A DNA stretch of 64,000 nt from NCBI GenBank assembly GCA_024277115.1, contig JAJRVW010000044.1:5208-69207 (forward strand), given 5' to 3'. Under the pieces are notes generated by a model. That model searched no databases, was not told the origin of the DNA, and was given only the letters and a program-made list of their open reading frames with translations. Positions 21,183 to 29,680 of the stretch are shown here, one piece after another; within the stretch, counting starts at the first letter, position 1, and each line of letters opens with the position of its first letter. The translations under genes and the position numbers were made by a program. The DNA is from Calditrichota bacterium. GTDB lineage: Bacteria > Calditrichota > Calditrichia > Calditrichales > J004.

Positions 21183-22280
21183 ATGAAACTGGAACTCACA
21201 TTATTTTTTAGCACGCTAATTTATGCCGGTGCTGTTTTTTTTGTCCTGCGTCTTTTATTAAAGCCAATACAAAAAGCCAATAAAAACCAGCCCTTTGTTT
21301 CTGTTGTAATTGCCGCCCGTAACGAGGCGAAACGCATAAAACCCACATTAGATTCCCTTTTAAAAATAAATTACCCTACAAATAAGTTTGAAGTGATTTG
21401 GGTGGATGATGCCTCGGAAGATGAAACGGCGAGGATAATTAAAAGCTATGTGGAACAGCAGCAAAACTGGCAACTTATTCAGATTAAAAAGAAGGATCAA
21501 AAACTAAAAGGTAAAAAAGCGGCGTTAAACAGAGCGATTGAACAGGCTAGAGGCGAAATCATTTTAACAACCGATGCCGATTGCCGCGTGCCGGAAAACT
21601 GGCTTACAACAATGGCTGTTGCTGCTTTTGATAATGAAACCATCATGGTTTTGGGGCACTCCGTCCTGGAACAGAAAAAAGGGTTTCTTGATAAACTTCT
21701 GCGTTTTGATAATTTATTTTCCGGGATTATGGTTGTCGCGCCCACCTTGGCAGGATTTCCCATCAGCAGCGTTGGCCGAAATATGGCTTACCGGAAAAGC
21801 GCCTATTTAAAAGCCGGTGGTTTCGATCAACTTTCCCAACATAAAAGTGGCGATGATGTCCACCTGACAGAGTTATTCCGTAGAAAACTAAAAGGAAAAA
21901 TTACATTTTGTTCTGCGCCGGGTTCATTTACTTTTACAAAAACCCCTGACAGTTTTAAAGAAATATTTTTGCAGCAAATCCGTAAAAACAGTAAGCTTTT
22001 AAAAAAATCATTGGGCTCGGTCTTGCTGGCCTTAATACTTTTTTTCTATCTTATATTTCTACTTGTTTTCCCATTCTATGCACCTCGATTAATCCATTTT
22101 TGGCTCTGTATCCTTGCCATAAAAATGATCCCGGAATTTATCACCTTGGTAGTTGCCGCAAAAAAACTAGGTGATTTTGAATTAGTTCCATTCATCCTGT
22201 TTATGCAAATATTCTATCCGGTCTATGTAACAATTTTTAGCATAATTGGAGTTTTCCAGATTTATGACTGGAAACGGTAG
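21183..22280 (+). CDS. Membrane-embedded family 2 glycosyltransferase
   Basis: VSVVIAARNE, DDASEDET, TTDADC and GRNMAYRK. It has one N-terminal TM helix and about four C-terminal ones. Confidence 0.85.
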   Translation: MKLELTLFFSTLIYAGAVFFVLRLLLKPIQKANKNQPFVSVVIAARNEAKRIKPTLDSLLKINYPTNKFEVIWVDDASEDETARIIKSYVEQQQNWQLIQIKKKDQKLKGKKAALNRAIEQARGEIILTTDADCRVPENWLTTMAVAAFDNETIMVLGHSVLEQKKGFLDKLLRFDNLFSGIMVVAPTLAGFPISSVGRNMAYRKSAYLKAGGFDQLSQHKSGDDVHLTELFRRKLKGKITFCSAPGSFTFTKTPDSFKEIFLQQIRKNSKLLKKSLGSVLLALILFFYLIFLLVFPFYAPRLIHFWLCILAIKMIPEFITLVVAAKKLGDFELVPFILFMQIFYPVYVTIFSIIGVFQIYDWKR

Positions 22281-22308
22281 GAGCTGTCTCCCGACAGCGA
22301 ATGGGGTT
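22276..22308 (+). repeat. REP element, type a (GGTAGGAGC head plus GCTGTC-TCCC-GACAGC hairpin)
   Basis: The 33 nt are identical to 23068-23100. It overlaps the GT2 stop codon. Confidence 0.8.
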
Positions 22309-22370
22309 TAGAAGACATCTCGGATAGTAAAAAAGCTGGAAAGTATAATAAGATTATTAAAAACAATAGG

Positions 22371-22394
22371 CGCGCTTGGAAAGCGCTCCTACCT
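22371..22394 (-). repeat. REP element, type b, inverted (GGTAGGAGC head plus GCGCTT-TCC-AAGCGC hairpin on the minus strand)
   Basis: The 24 nt are identical to 23134-23157. It forms an inverted doublet with 22276-22308. Confidence 0.8.
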
Positions 22395-22491
22395 TGTGGC
22401 GGGGCAATAATTGAAGAGTTACATCGACAATTATGATGTAAAATATACCCGTACATGCTGAAATCAGACAAAACCAAAATGGGCAACACAT

Positions 22492-22516
22492 GGTAGGAGC
22501 TGTCTCCCGACAGCGA
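22492..22516 (+). repeat. REP element, type a, singleton just upstream of the RAYT gene
   Basis: The 25 nt GGTAGGAGCTGTCTCCCGACAGCGA are identical to the other type-a copies. Confidence 0.8.
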
Positions 22517-22568
22517 TCGGTTTCATACAGATACAAAGTAAAAACATACCTTTATAATGGACTAAACT

Positions 22569-23066
22569 ATGAATAAAAAACCTCATCAAGAAAACTTACG
22601 GAAAGGACGGTTTTCAAAACCAGGTCAGTTTTATACTATCACAAAGTGTTGTTATAAAAAATACCCTTACCTGATTCCTGATACAGAAGACTTATCTTCC
22701 GGAGAATATTATTTTAAAATTTTATTCGAAACAATCGACTGGCTTACCGTAAATAATCATATTTTTTTTCCATCTATTACTATGATGCCAAATCATTTTC
22801 ATATTCTTTTTCAACTTGGAAATCAAAAATCCCTTCCACAGGTCATGGAATCGCTTTGTAAATTTACAGCCAAAAAATACAATACCATTAAAAATACCCA
22901 TGGGGCATTTTGGCAAACAGGTTATTACGATCATGCGATTCGTACAAATGAATCTGTTTTAAAACACATAAATTATATTCTTAACAATCCTATCAGAAAA
23001 GGGTTAGTGGAATCAAGAGATGCCTGGCCATACAAAATCATAAATTATCCACCAATTCTTGTATAG
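22569..23066 (+). CDS. REP-associated tyrosine transposase (RAYT; IS200/IS605-type Y1 HUH transposase family)
   Basis: HUH motif MMPNHFHILFQL. FWQTGYYDHAIR...INYILNNPIRKGLV...DAWPY aligns by eye with E. coli RayT (VLPEHMHCIWTL; IWQPRFWEHAIR...VDYIYINPVKHGWV...DWPF). The gene is flanked by REPs. Confidence 0.85.
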   Translation: MNKKPHQENLRKGRFSKPGQFYTITKCCYKKYPYLIPDTEDLSSGEYYFKILFETIDWLTVNNHIFFPSITMMPNHFHILFQLGNQKSLPQVMESLCKFTAKKYNTIKNTHGAFWQTGYYDHAIRTNESVLKHINYILNNPIRKGLVESRDAWPYKIINYPPILV

Positions 23067-23067
23067 A

Positions 23068-23100
23068 GGTAGGAGCTGTCTCCCGACAGCGAATGGGGTT
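23068..23100 (+). repeat. REP element, type a
   Basis: Identical to 22276-22308. It starts 2 nt after the RAYT stop. Confidence 0.8.
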
Positions 23101-23133
23101 GAAACCACATTTCAAATCACACAAAACAAAAAT

Positions 23134-23157
23134 CGCGCTTGGAAAGCGCTCCTACCT
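23134..23157 (-). repeat. REP element, type b, inverted
   Basis: Identical to 22371-22394. It abuts the stop codon of the ACL large-subunit gene. Confidence 0.8.
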
Positions 23158-25883
23158 CAAACAACATATTTCGTTTCCTTGATCGGTGTGCGGCAATCCA
23201 TATCCTGGCCCCGGTCACGGTGGTCTGCAATTTCAGCCGATACGCCCACCGTCCTTCCAATAAGAAAAATCAAAAAACCAATATCCTGCATACTCGATTC
23301 TTTCAGTGTTCCATTTTTATACAACGGCCACATCAATTTCAGAGAAATCACAGCAATCACCGCATCAATATTTACACAATAAATGTTAGATGTTGCCCCA
23401 ACCGCATAGAGCGCCTCGACCAAATAATGATAATAATCCCAACACACATTTTCTATATTTTCACTTTTTAACCGCTTACGGATAAAATCTTCGCGCGGAT
23501 CAATATTTACCCTTTTCCCCTTAAACACAGGATGATTAATACAGGGAATCCGGTTATAGCGTGCCACACCTTTTAGTTTTGCCTGATTTTTATAATCGAG
23601 AAATTCACGGGCTTTCTTTGAGGCCAACTCTTTTAATACATCCGCATCAAACGGCTTTGCAGGATCATCGATGTTTAAATCTTTAAAAGCATTTAACAAA
23701 TATTTTACCGCTTCATATCCATTGCCGCCATGCGAAAGGCCTGTGTTTGTTAAAAAACCTACAAAAGCCGCGCTGATATTATTACGGGCGCTTACACTCT
23801 CCTTTGCCCCTTTAGCGCTAATCGTGCCCGGCCCGTTTGTAAGGGTTAAAGCGAGTAATGATGAAAACTCCTTGAGGTTGGTAGATTGAGGGCGTTCATT
23901 AAAAATGGCCTGATATGCCGTTTCGGCAAATGAGGTTTCCAAAACGGAAAAATCCTCTTGCATCCGAATGGCTTTAAGCAGCTTATTTTTATCCGGATTA
24001 ATGGAAGTAAGCATCACCGCTTTTGCCATGATTGTTAAATAAGACAAAAGATTTTCCACCGTCTCACGGGAGATTTTTTTATAAACCAAAGACTGGAAAG
24101 ATGTATGTAGCAGCACCGTTACAATCATAAAAAGATTGGCGTCTTCCACCCCATTTTTTTCTAAATAGTTTTGTCCGAATTGTAAAACAGGACTTTTTCT
24201 CAACAGGCCATCAACCTTTTTATTTAAATAATTTGTAAAACCTGTCGCGTTGTCACCATTTTCTAAAATAAGATTAGAGGCAACTTTATTTGCCATTTCC
24301 AAATCTATCGAATCATTGATGTCACGCAATCCAATTGTGCTAAATGTCGAGAGTAAGACGCCCATATACTTTTGGGCCTTTCGAAATATTTTATTATTGC
24401 CTTGCAAGGCAATTACGGAGGCAATAGCGGCGTTGGGTGTGGCTTGGTTTTCTTTGGCTTTAGACAAAACAGAGCTTTCAAATTCATCAATGTAGGCAAG
24501 ATAATTTAAACATATATTTACCAGGGGAAGCAGTTCTTTTTCAGGATGCGATTTGATTAAAGTAAATAAAATATTGCTTTCCAATGGGTAGGAAATTAAC
24601 TCCACAATAGGCACATTGTGCAACTCGGCTACCTGCGTGGCTGCATTTATGCGTGATGCACCCGACTTATTGCGCATATTTTGGCGTAAATGTGTTACCC
24701 CCAATTGTTTATTTACCGAGGCGATTTCTTCATTATAAGGCGCGATGGCCTCAACTGTTGGCAGGCGTAACTCCAGCGGAAGGTTTAAACCAAAATCATT
24801 GCCAAACCAAGGCTTTAACCCCAGCGAACCCTTTGCTTCAAAATCGGCGCCCCAACCCAGTTTTTTATACAAGGCTTTTGCGGCCAACGGAATCTGCTGG
24901 ATTGAAGAAACACGGACTCCCTTTTTTGAAATATTACCCGGTTTGGCCGGGTCAAATTCTTTTCCACCAAAATAATCATCAAACCATTTCTCTTTGGCAA
25001 GGGCATCATCGCCAGAACCAGCCAAAGCGCCGGCATGGCCACAAGAGCGTGTTAAATTTGATTTCCAGCGTCCGGTAACGCACACAATAATCGGTTTTTT
25101 AAAAACCAGGTTGCCCGACTCAATCATGGCCAGCGCTTCACGTTCGTAATACCCGCCGGGTTCCACATACAGAACAACGGCTTTCGTTCTCGGATCATTT
25201 TGAACGGCGTAGAGAAATTCTGTCATGGCAAACTGAATGATAACATCTTTGCCGGAGCTTACAATTGTTGTCGTCCCAAACCCTTCTGTTTTTAAGTACT
25301 CGGCGATTGTTGTACTAAAATTTCCGGAATTACTGTGAATGGCAAGGGAACCTTTTATAAGGGTTTCATCGGGGCGATCACCACCCAACGCGCCACCAAT
25401 ACGCACACGATTCCAGGAATCGGCAACACCCAGGCAATTAGCGCCAAAAACATCCACTTTATTAACCTGGCAAATTGTACGAATCAACCGTTGGTCTTTC
25501 ACGCTGATTTTCTCGGTGATGATCACAATCTTTTTTAATTTTTTATTATAATGGCATAACTCGCCGACAGCATGATAAACCGCATCCGGCGGTAAATAAA
25601 TCACCCCCGTATCAAAAGCATGGTTCTTCATAACATCAGCCAAACGACTGTAAACAGGAATATCCCCAATGGCGGTTTCTAATTTCCCCGCCCGGCCATA
25701 TTGAACCCCGGCCACTACATTGCCACCGCTAAATTCATGCGAAACAGGCGTAACTTTTTTACTTTCATTGCCCAGAATATTCATTACACAAATACGCGCA
25801 TCTTTTGAGGCAATTTCGTCCAGGGCATTTACACCAACAAAGCATTTAAGGGCATTTTTATTTTTCATTTTTTGGGCCTTCAT
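23157..25883 (-). CDS. aclA: ATP-citrate lyase large (alpha) subunit-like protein, unusually long at 908 aa
   Basis: CoA-binding/ligase-CoA part with the phosphohistidine loop SCGHAGALAGSG. C-terminal citrate-synthase-homology motifs LTNGPGTISAKGAKESVSARNN...GLSHGGNGYEAV, CINHPVFKG and LIGRTVGVSAEIADH. The start overlaps the aclB stop. Confidence 0.75.
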   Translation of the reverse strand: MKAQKMKNKNALKCFVGVNALDEIASKDARICVMNILGNESKKVTPVSHEFSGGNVVAGVQYGRAGKLETAIGDIPVYSRLADVMKNHAFDTGVIYLPPDAVYHAVGELCHYNKKLKKIVIITEKISVKDQRLIRTICQVNKVDVFGANCLGVADSWNRVRIGGALGGDRPDETLIKGSLAIHSNSGNFSTTIAEYLKTEGFGTTTIVSSGKDVIIQFAMTEFLYAVQNDPRTKAVVLYVEPGGYYEREALAMIESGNLVFKKPIIVCVTGRWKSNLTRSCGHAGALAGSGDDALAKEKWFDDYFGGKEFDPAKPGNISKKGVRVSSIQQIPLAAKALYKKLGWGADFEAKGSLGLKPWFGNDFGLNLPLELRLPTVEAIAPYNEEIASVNKQLGVTHLRQNMRNKSGASRINAATQVAELHNVPIVELISYPLESNILFTLIKSHPEKELLPLVNICLNYLAYIDEFESSVLSKAKENQATPNAAIASVIALQGNNKIFRKAQKYMGVLLSTFSTIGLRDINDSIDLEMANKVASNLILENGDNATGFTNYLNKKVDGLLRKSPVLQFGQNYLEKNGVEDANLFMIVTVLLHTSFQSLVYKKISRETVENLLSYLTIMAKAVMLTSINPDKNKLLKAIRMQEDFSVLETSFAETAYQAIFNERPQSTNLKEFSSLLALTLTNGPGTISAKGAKESVSARNNISAAFVGFLTNTGLSHGGNGYEAVKYLLNAFKDLNIDDPAKPFDADVLKELASKKAREFLDYKNQAKLKGVARYNRIPCINHPVFKGKRVNIDPREDFIRKRLKSENIENVCWDYYHYLVEALYAVGATSNIYCVNIDAVIAVISLKLMWPLYKNGTLKESSMQDIGFLIFLIGRTVGVSAEIADHRDRGQDMDCRTPIKETKYVV

Positions 25884-27112
25884 TTTTTACGAAACCAGTT
25901 ATCAATTTCCACAGCATAATGCACCACATCGATCATCGATGTATCATAACCAAAAAACTTATAGGGAATGTTAAGGCTATCCAAAGTATCACGCGCGTAA
26001 GTCATTCCTTTAATCAGGTTTGGCCCACCGCGCCCGGCCACCACATAAAGTTCCGGCCGCCCATGCTGCACGGTATAGTCACGCAAAGCATCAGACAACG
26101 CTTTGAAGGTGATAAAAATATCCGTGTTATTGGCCTTACCGCCGATTATAAGCAGCACGTTACTTTGCTCCAGCCAGTATTTATAAGTGATCCGGGCGAT
26201 CTGGTACATCTTTTCATAAGGCGGGTTGCCGCCAAAATCGCTGGAAATTGTTGCCTTTTCGGATAGCACCTCGGTTGCCGCGCTATTTGCCCCGCCGCCA
26301 AACATAAAGGCCGTAACCGTACCTTGCGGATTAATTACAACCACGTCACTTTGCCCTTGATAGGTACGCAATTGGTTGATTTCGGCCTCAAAAGGCGAGA
26401 TGTCTGTCTGGAAGATTTCCGGCGGGAGCTTTAACCGTTTCCAATGGACATTGTCCTGGTCAAATTGTGCTTTAAAATCACAGGCGATTGGCACAAGCCG
26501 GCCTTTACGGTTTTCCATACGGATAGGGTTTATCTCCAAAGTTGTGAAACCATAATCATTATAAAGGTTCCACAAACGCGGCAGGTATTGTGCCAGCGGA
26601 CTGATAATTTCGCGCGGGGCATTTATCTCTGTCAGGGCATCAATAATATGATAGGCTTTTAATCCGGTAAGTCCGTCAAAACTCGATTCAACAATTTCAT
26701 CCGGCGTCAATTCCTCAATATCCACACCGCCATTATGCGTAAGTGTAAAATTTACCTTACGACTGACAGTGGAGACAGACAGGTTAAAATAAACTTCATA
26801 CGCCGATGGAATAAATTCCTCGTACGTCACCCCATTGGCCTGGATATTCTGGTTCTGGAAAAAGTGCTTGGCAAAGAACAACTGTTTTTTTGCCTCGATA
26901 GCCTCAATGGCCGATGAAACAATCTTTACCAACCCGGCCTTGCCCTTTTTGCCCACACCGCCATAAAAAACAGGTTTAACCACACATTTCCCACGTTTGG
27001 CGATTAATGATTCCAGCTCTTCCATCGTAGCATTCTCTTCAAGAATTTGAGGAACGGGGAACTCAGACAAACGGATAATCGGCATACCATACTTCATTCC
27101 GGTAATCTGCAT
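25880..27112 (-). CDS. aclB: ATP-citrate lyase small (beta) subunit-like protein (ATP-grasp/citrate-binding part)
   Basis: Collinear by eye with the N-terminal ~420 aa of human ACLY: HNGGVDIEE, FTTLEINP, FMFGGGANSAATE, FGGNPPYEKMYQ, LLIIGGKANNTDI..TFKAL and VVAGRGGPN. Confidence 0.8.
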   Translation of the reverse strand: MQITGMKYGMPIIRLSEFPVPQILEENATMEELESLIAKRGKCVVKPVFYGGVGKKGKAGLVKIVSSAIEAIEAKKQLFFAKHFFQNQNIQANGVTYEEFIPSAYEVYFNLSVSTVSRKVNFTLTHNGGVDIEELTPDEIVESSFDGLTGLKAYHIIDALTEINAPREIISPLAQYLPRLWNLYNDYGFTTLEINPIRMENRKGRLVPIACDFKAQFDQDNVHWKRLKLPPEIFQTDISPFEAEINQLRTYQGQSDVVVINPQGTVTAFMFGGGANSAATEVLSEKATISSDFGGNPPYEKMYQIARITYKYWLEQSNVLLIIGGKANNTDIFITFKALSDALRDYTVQHGRPELYVVAGRGGPNLIKGMTYARDTLDSLNIPYKFFGYDTSMIDVVHYAVEIDNWFRKK

Positions 27113-27327
27113 AAGATTTCCTAATTTGATTTATATTTTGGTTTTACGTAGAAGGTGGGATTGATGCGGACGCGTATTAATTAGTAAATTTTTTCACACA
27201 ATGCAAGTCTTAAGCAGCTATTGTCATTTTATCAGCACATCTGTCCTAAAGAAAAAAGGGGGCAAAGCCAACCTACAAGTTTAAGCCACAAATTCACGAA
27301 TCGTTACTTTTTTATGTCTTAGTGGCT

Positions 27328-27909
27328 TTATTTTATCAGCTTATTGATTTTTGTTTTTAGGATTGGCAAAACCTCTTCTTCAAACCAGGGATTCTTTTTA
27401 AACCAGCCAAAATTTCGTGGGGAAGGATGTGGCAAAATAATATATTCAGGGAAATAGTCCCGCCAGGCTTTTACTGTTTCGGTAAGATTGGATTTGCGTC
27501 TATTTTTAAGATAATAGGCCTGCGCGTATTGCCCGATTAAAATTGTTAACTGAATATTTTTCATCAGTGGAAGAAGACGGTCAAAATAGAGTTCGGCACA
27601 TTCCTTGCGTGGAGGCAAATCGCCTGTTTTTCCTTTGCCGGGATAGCAAAGTCCCATAGGGACAATGGCAATTTTATCGTCATTATAAAATGTTTTTTTA
27701 TCCACACCCAACCAGTCGCGTAATTTATCCCCACTTGGGTCGTCCCATGGTATGCCACTTTTATGTACACGTGTACCCGGCGCCTGGCCAACAATCAATA
27801 TTCTGGATTTTTTAGATGCAGCTAATATTGGTCGTGGGCCTAAAAGCAGATATTCTTCACAAACGGTGCAAGCGCGGATTTCTTTCAATAAGATATTTAG
27901 ATCCATCAT
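27328..27909 (-). CDS. Uracil-DNA glycosylase superfamily protein
   Basis: Motif A IVGQAPG and motif B LPHPSPRN. The start overlaps the upstream CPBP gene stop by 4 nt. Confidence 0.75.
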   Translation of the reverse strand: MMDLNILLKEIRACTVCEEYLLLGPRPILAASKKSRILIVGQAPGTRVHKSGIPWDDPSGDKLRDWLGVDKKTFYNDDKIAIVPMGLCYPGKGKTGDLPPRKECAELYFDRLLPLMKNIQLTILIGQYAQAYYLKNRRKSNLTETVKAWRDYFPEYIILPHPSPRNFGWFKKNPWFEEEVLPILKTKINKLIK

Positions 27910-28841
27910 ACTTTGGATCCAATATTGAAATCAATCTTGCCTAAAAGTTTGCCCCAATTTTTCCAGTTATATTTTTTTGACGCGAGAAAAATAAAAACAG
28001 CAGAAACCGCAAGCCAGCCCATCAACATTAATTGTTGGTCCAACTCTTCCGTTTTAAAAATGGCCGGTGTTTGCAAAGCACCGCCGGCATAAGTAACAAA
28101 AAGGGTGGAATAAATATTATTGGCCGCATGCAATCCCAGGGAAAGTTCCAGCCCTTCGTCCATCAAAGCAATCAGGCCCATAACAATCCCCGACCCGATA
28201 TAAAAGATCATCATTATCCCAAGCCCAAAGCTTTCTATCTCCGGGTTCATCATGTGTAAAGTACCAAAAACCAGCGATGTTACAATTAAAGGTACCATGC
28301 GGTAAACGCCGATGAGCCCGATTCCCTGCAAAAGATAACCGCGAACAAAAATCTCTTCAAAACTGGTTTGGATGGGCATTATGAGCAGCGCGATTAGTAC
28401 AAGCGGGATAAATAACCCAAGGTCAAATTGGGTGATATAATTTTCCGGTGTGAGAAAATAGAAAATCGTTTCCGCTAAAATTGTAAGCCCCATCCACAAG
28501 CCAAAAGCCCAGAAAATACGCCCCCAATCAATTTTATTACGGGCGGTGACAACATCGATAAATTTTTTATTATGGATTTTAACCACCACAAAAAGAAGCG
28601 CCAAAAAGCTAAGGACAAACATAAATAAAAGAAGCAACAGGCCAAGATTTGGGTTTAGCCCGATCAGGCTAAAATCAATCTTTTTGGCAAACTCCATTAA
28701 AACATCCGGGTTCGGCGCCATTAAAAACACCACAACCCCAAGCGGCACCTGGCCAATAATATAGGCGAGAATCACAATTAGAATGGAGATAAAGTAACGC
28801 CAAAATTGGTTTTCACCGCGTGTTGCATTTTCTAAAAACAT
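27906..28841 (-). CDS. CPBP-family (CAAX/Abi) intramembrane metalloprotease
   Basis: A polytopic protein with EEIFVRGYL, FGTLHMMN and LHAANN motifs. Confidence 0.8.
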   Translation of the reverse strand: MFLENATRGENQFWRYFISILIVILAYIIGQVPLGVVVFLMAPNPDVLMEFAKKIDFSLIGLNPNLGLLLLLFMFVLSFLALLFVVVKIHNKKFIDVVTARNKIDWGRIFWAFGLWMGLTILAETIFYFLTPENYITQFDLGLFIPLVLIALLIMPIQTSFEEIFVRGYLLQGIGLIGVYRMVPLIVTSLVFGTLHMMNPEIESFGLGIMMIFYIGSGIVMGLIALMDEGLELSLGLHAANNIYSTLFVTYAGGALQTPAIFKTEELDQQLMLMGWLAVSAVFIFLASKKYNWKNWGKLLGKIDFNIGSKV

Positions 28842-29085
28842 AGGGCCTCAATGTAAAGTAAGTATAAAAAAATATGTCTAATGGAATTAATAAAGTTCTT
28901 TCAGTTTTACCGCAGAGCCCGCAAAGGCGCAGAACTTAAAATTATTCTGCATATTTATCGCCTCTGTGTGGGCAAAATTGATTTATTTTAAAATATAAAC
29001 GATCTACTTATAATAAGTTAGGAAGCAAGGTGTGGGTTTACTCAACACAGCAATACCGGGAACAAGGTTAGTGTTTATAAAATAA

Positions 29086-29667
29086 TTATTTTAGTTTTTT
29101 AGCAATCCCGGCGACCCGTTTTCCCAGCATCTCCGCTTTCAGTAAAAACTGCTCATCCATTTCGGACGATTGTCCTTTCGTATCGAAGGGCGCTTCTCCC
29201 GTGATGGCCGATGCCCCAAAAGCCGAGTGCCAGCTTCCACCGCCCACAATAACCATCCCAAAAACTAACATGGAATGCAACACGTTTAGCTGCACAATTT
29301 CCTCACCGGTAGAGATGCCGCCGGCACTCACAAAAACAGCACCAATTTTATCTTTAAGCGGCGCTCCCTGAAAAGGCCAATTATTGATAAAATTTTGCAG
29401 CGGCGGGGCAACATTGGCGTTATAAACCGGGCTGCCCAAAATAATGGCATCCGCCTGCAAAACATCTCTGTTGGTAGCCTTGTCCACAGCAAGCAGTTTA
29501 ACAGAAACGTTCCCTATGGAGCCCGCACCTTTAGCGACATTTTCGGCCATGCGTTTTGTGTGCCCTGTTTTGCTAAAATACACGATTAAGACATGGGTCG
29601 TGTCCTGGGCAACCAAAGGAAGTAAATTTAATATAAACAAAAACAGGATTATAAATTTTTTAATCAT
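29086..29667 (-). CDS. Flavodoxin-like (WrbA/NAD(P)H:quinone oxidoreductase-type) protein with an N-terminal signal peptide or membrane anchor
   Basis: Start MIKKFIILFLFILNLLPLVAQ is preceded by GGGAGA. The flavodoxin-like core includes VLIVYFSKTGHTKRMAE and ILGSPVYNANV. It begins 13 nt downstream of parA-like. Confidence 0.7.
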   Translation of the reverse strand: MIKKFIILFLFILNLLPLVAQDTTHVLIVYFSKTGHTKRMAENVAKGAGSIGNVSVKLLAVDKATNRDVLQADAIILGSPVYNANVAPPLQNFINNWPFQGAPLKDKIGAVFVSAGGISTGEEIVQLNVLHSMLVFGMVIVGGGSWHSAFGASAITGEAPFDTKGQSSEMDEQFLLKAEMLGKRVAGIAKKLK

Positions 29668-29680
29668 TTTTGTCTCCCGT

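Noticed and set aside
22262-22489. 75-aa minus-strand ORF between the GT2 gene and the RAYT gene.
   Set aside because: It is composed largely of REP repeat sequence read through in one frame. It has no RBS or motif and is most likely spurious.
22276-23157. Possibility that the clustered short repeats form a CRISPR array.
   Set aside because: There are only five copies of two different types. They are in mixed orientation with irregular spacing (62, 97, 551 and 33 nt), and a RAYT gene sits in one 'spacer'. This is REP architecture, not CRISPR.
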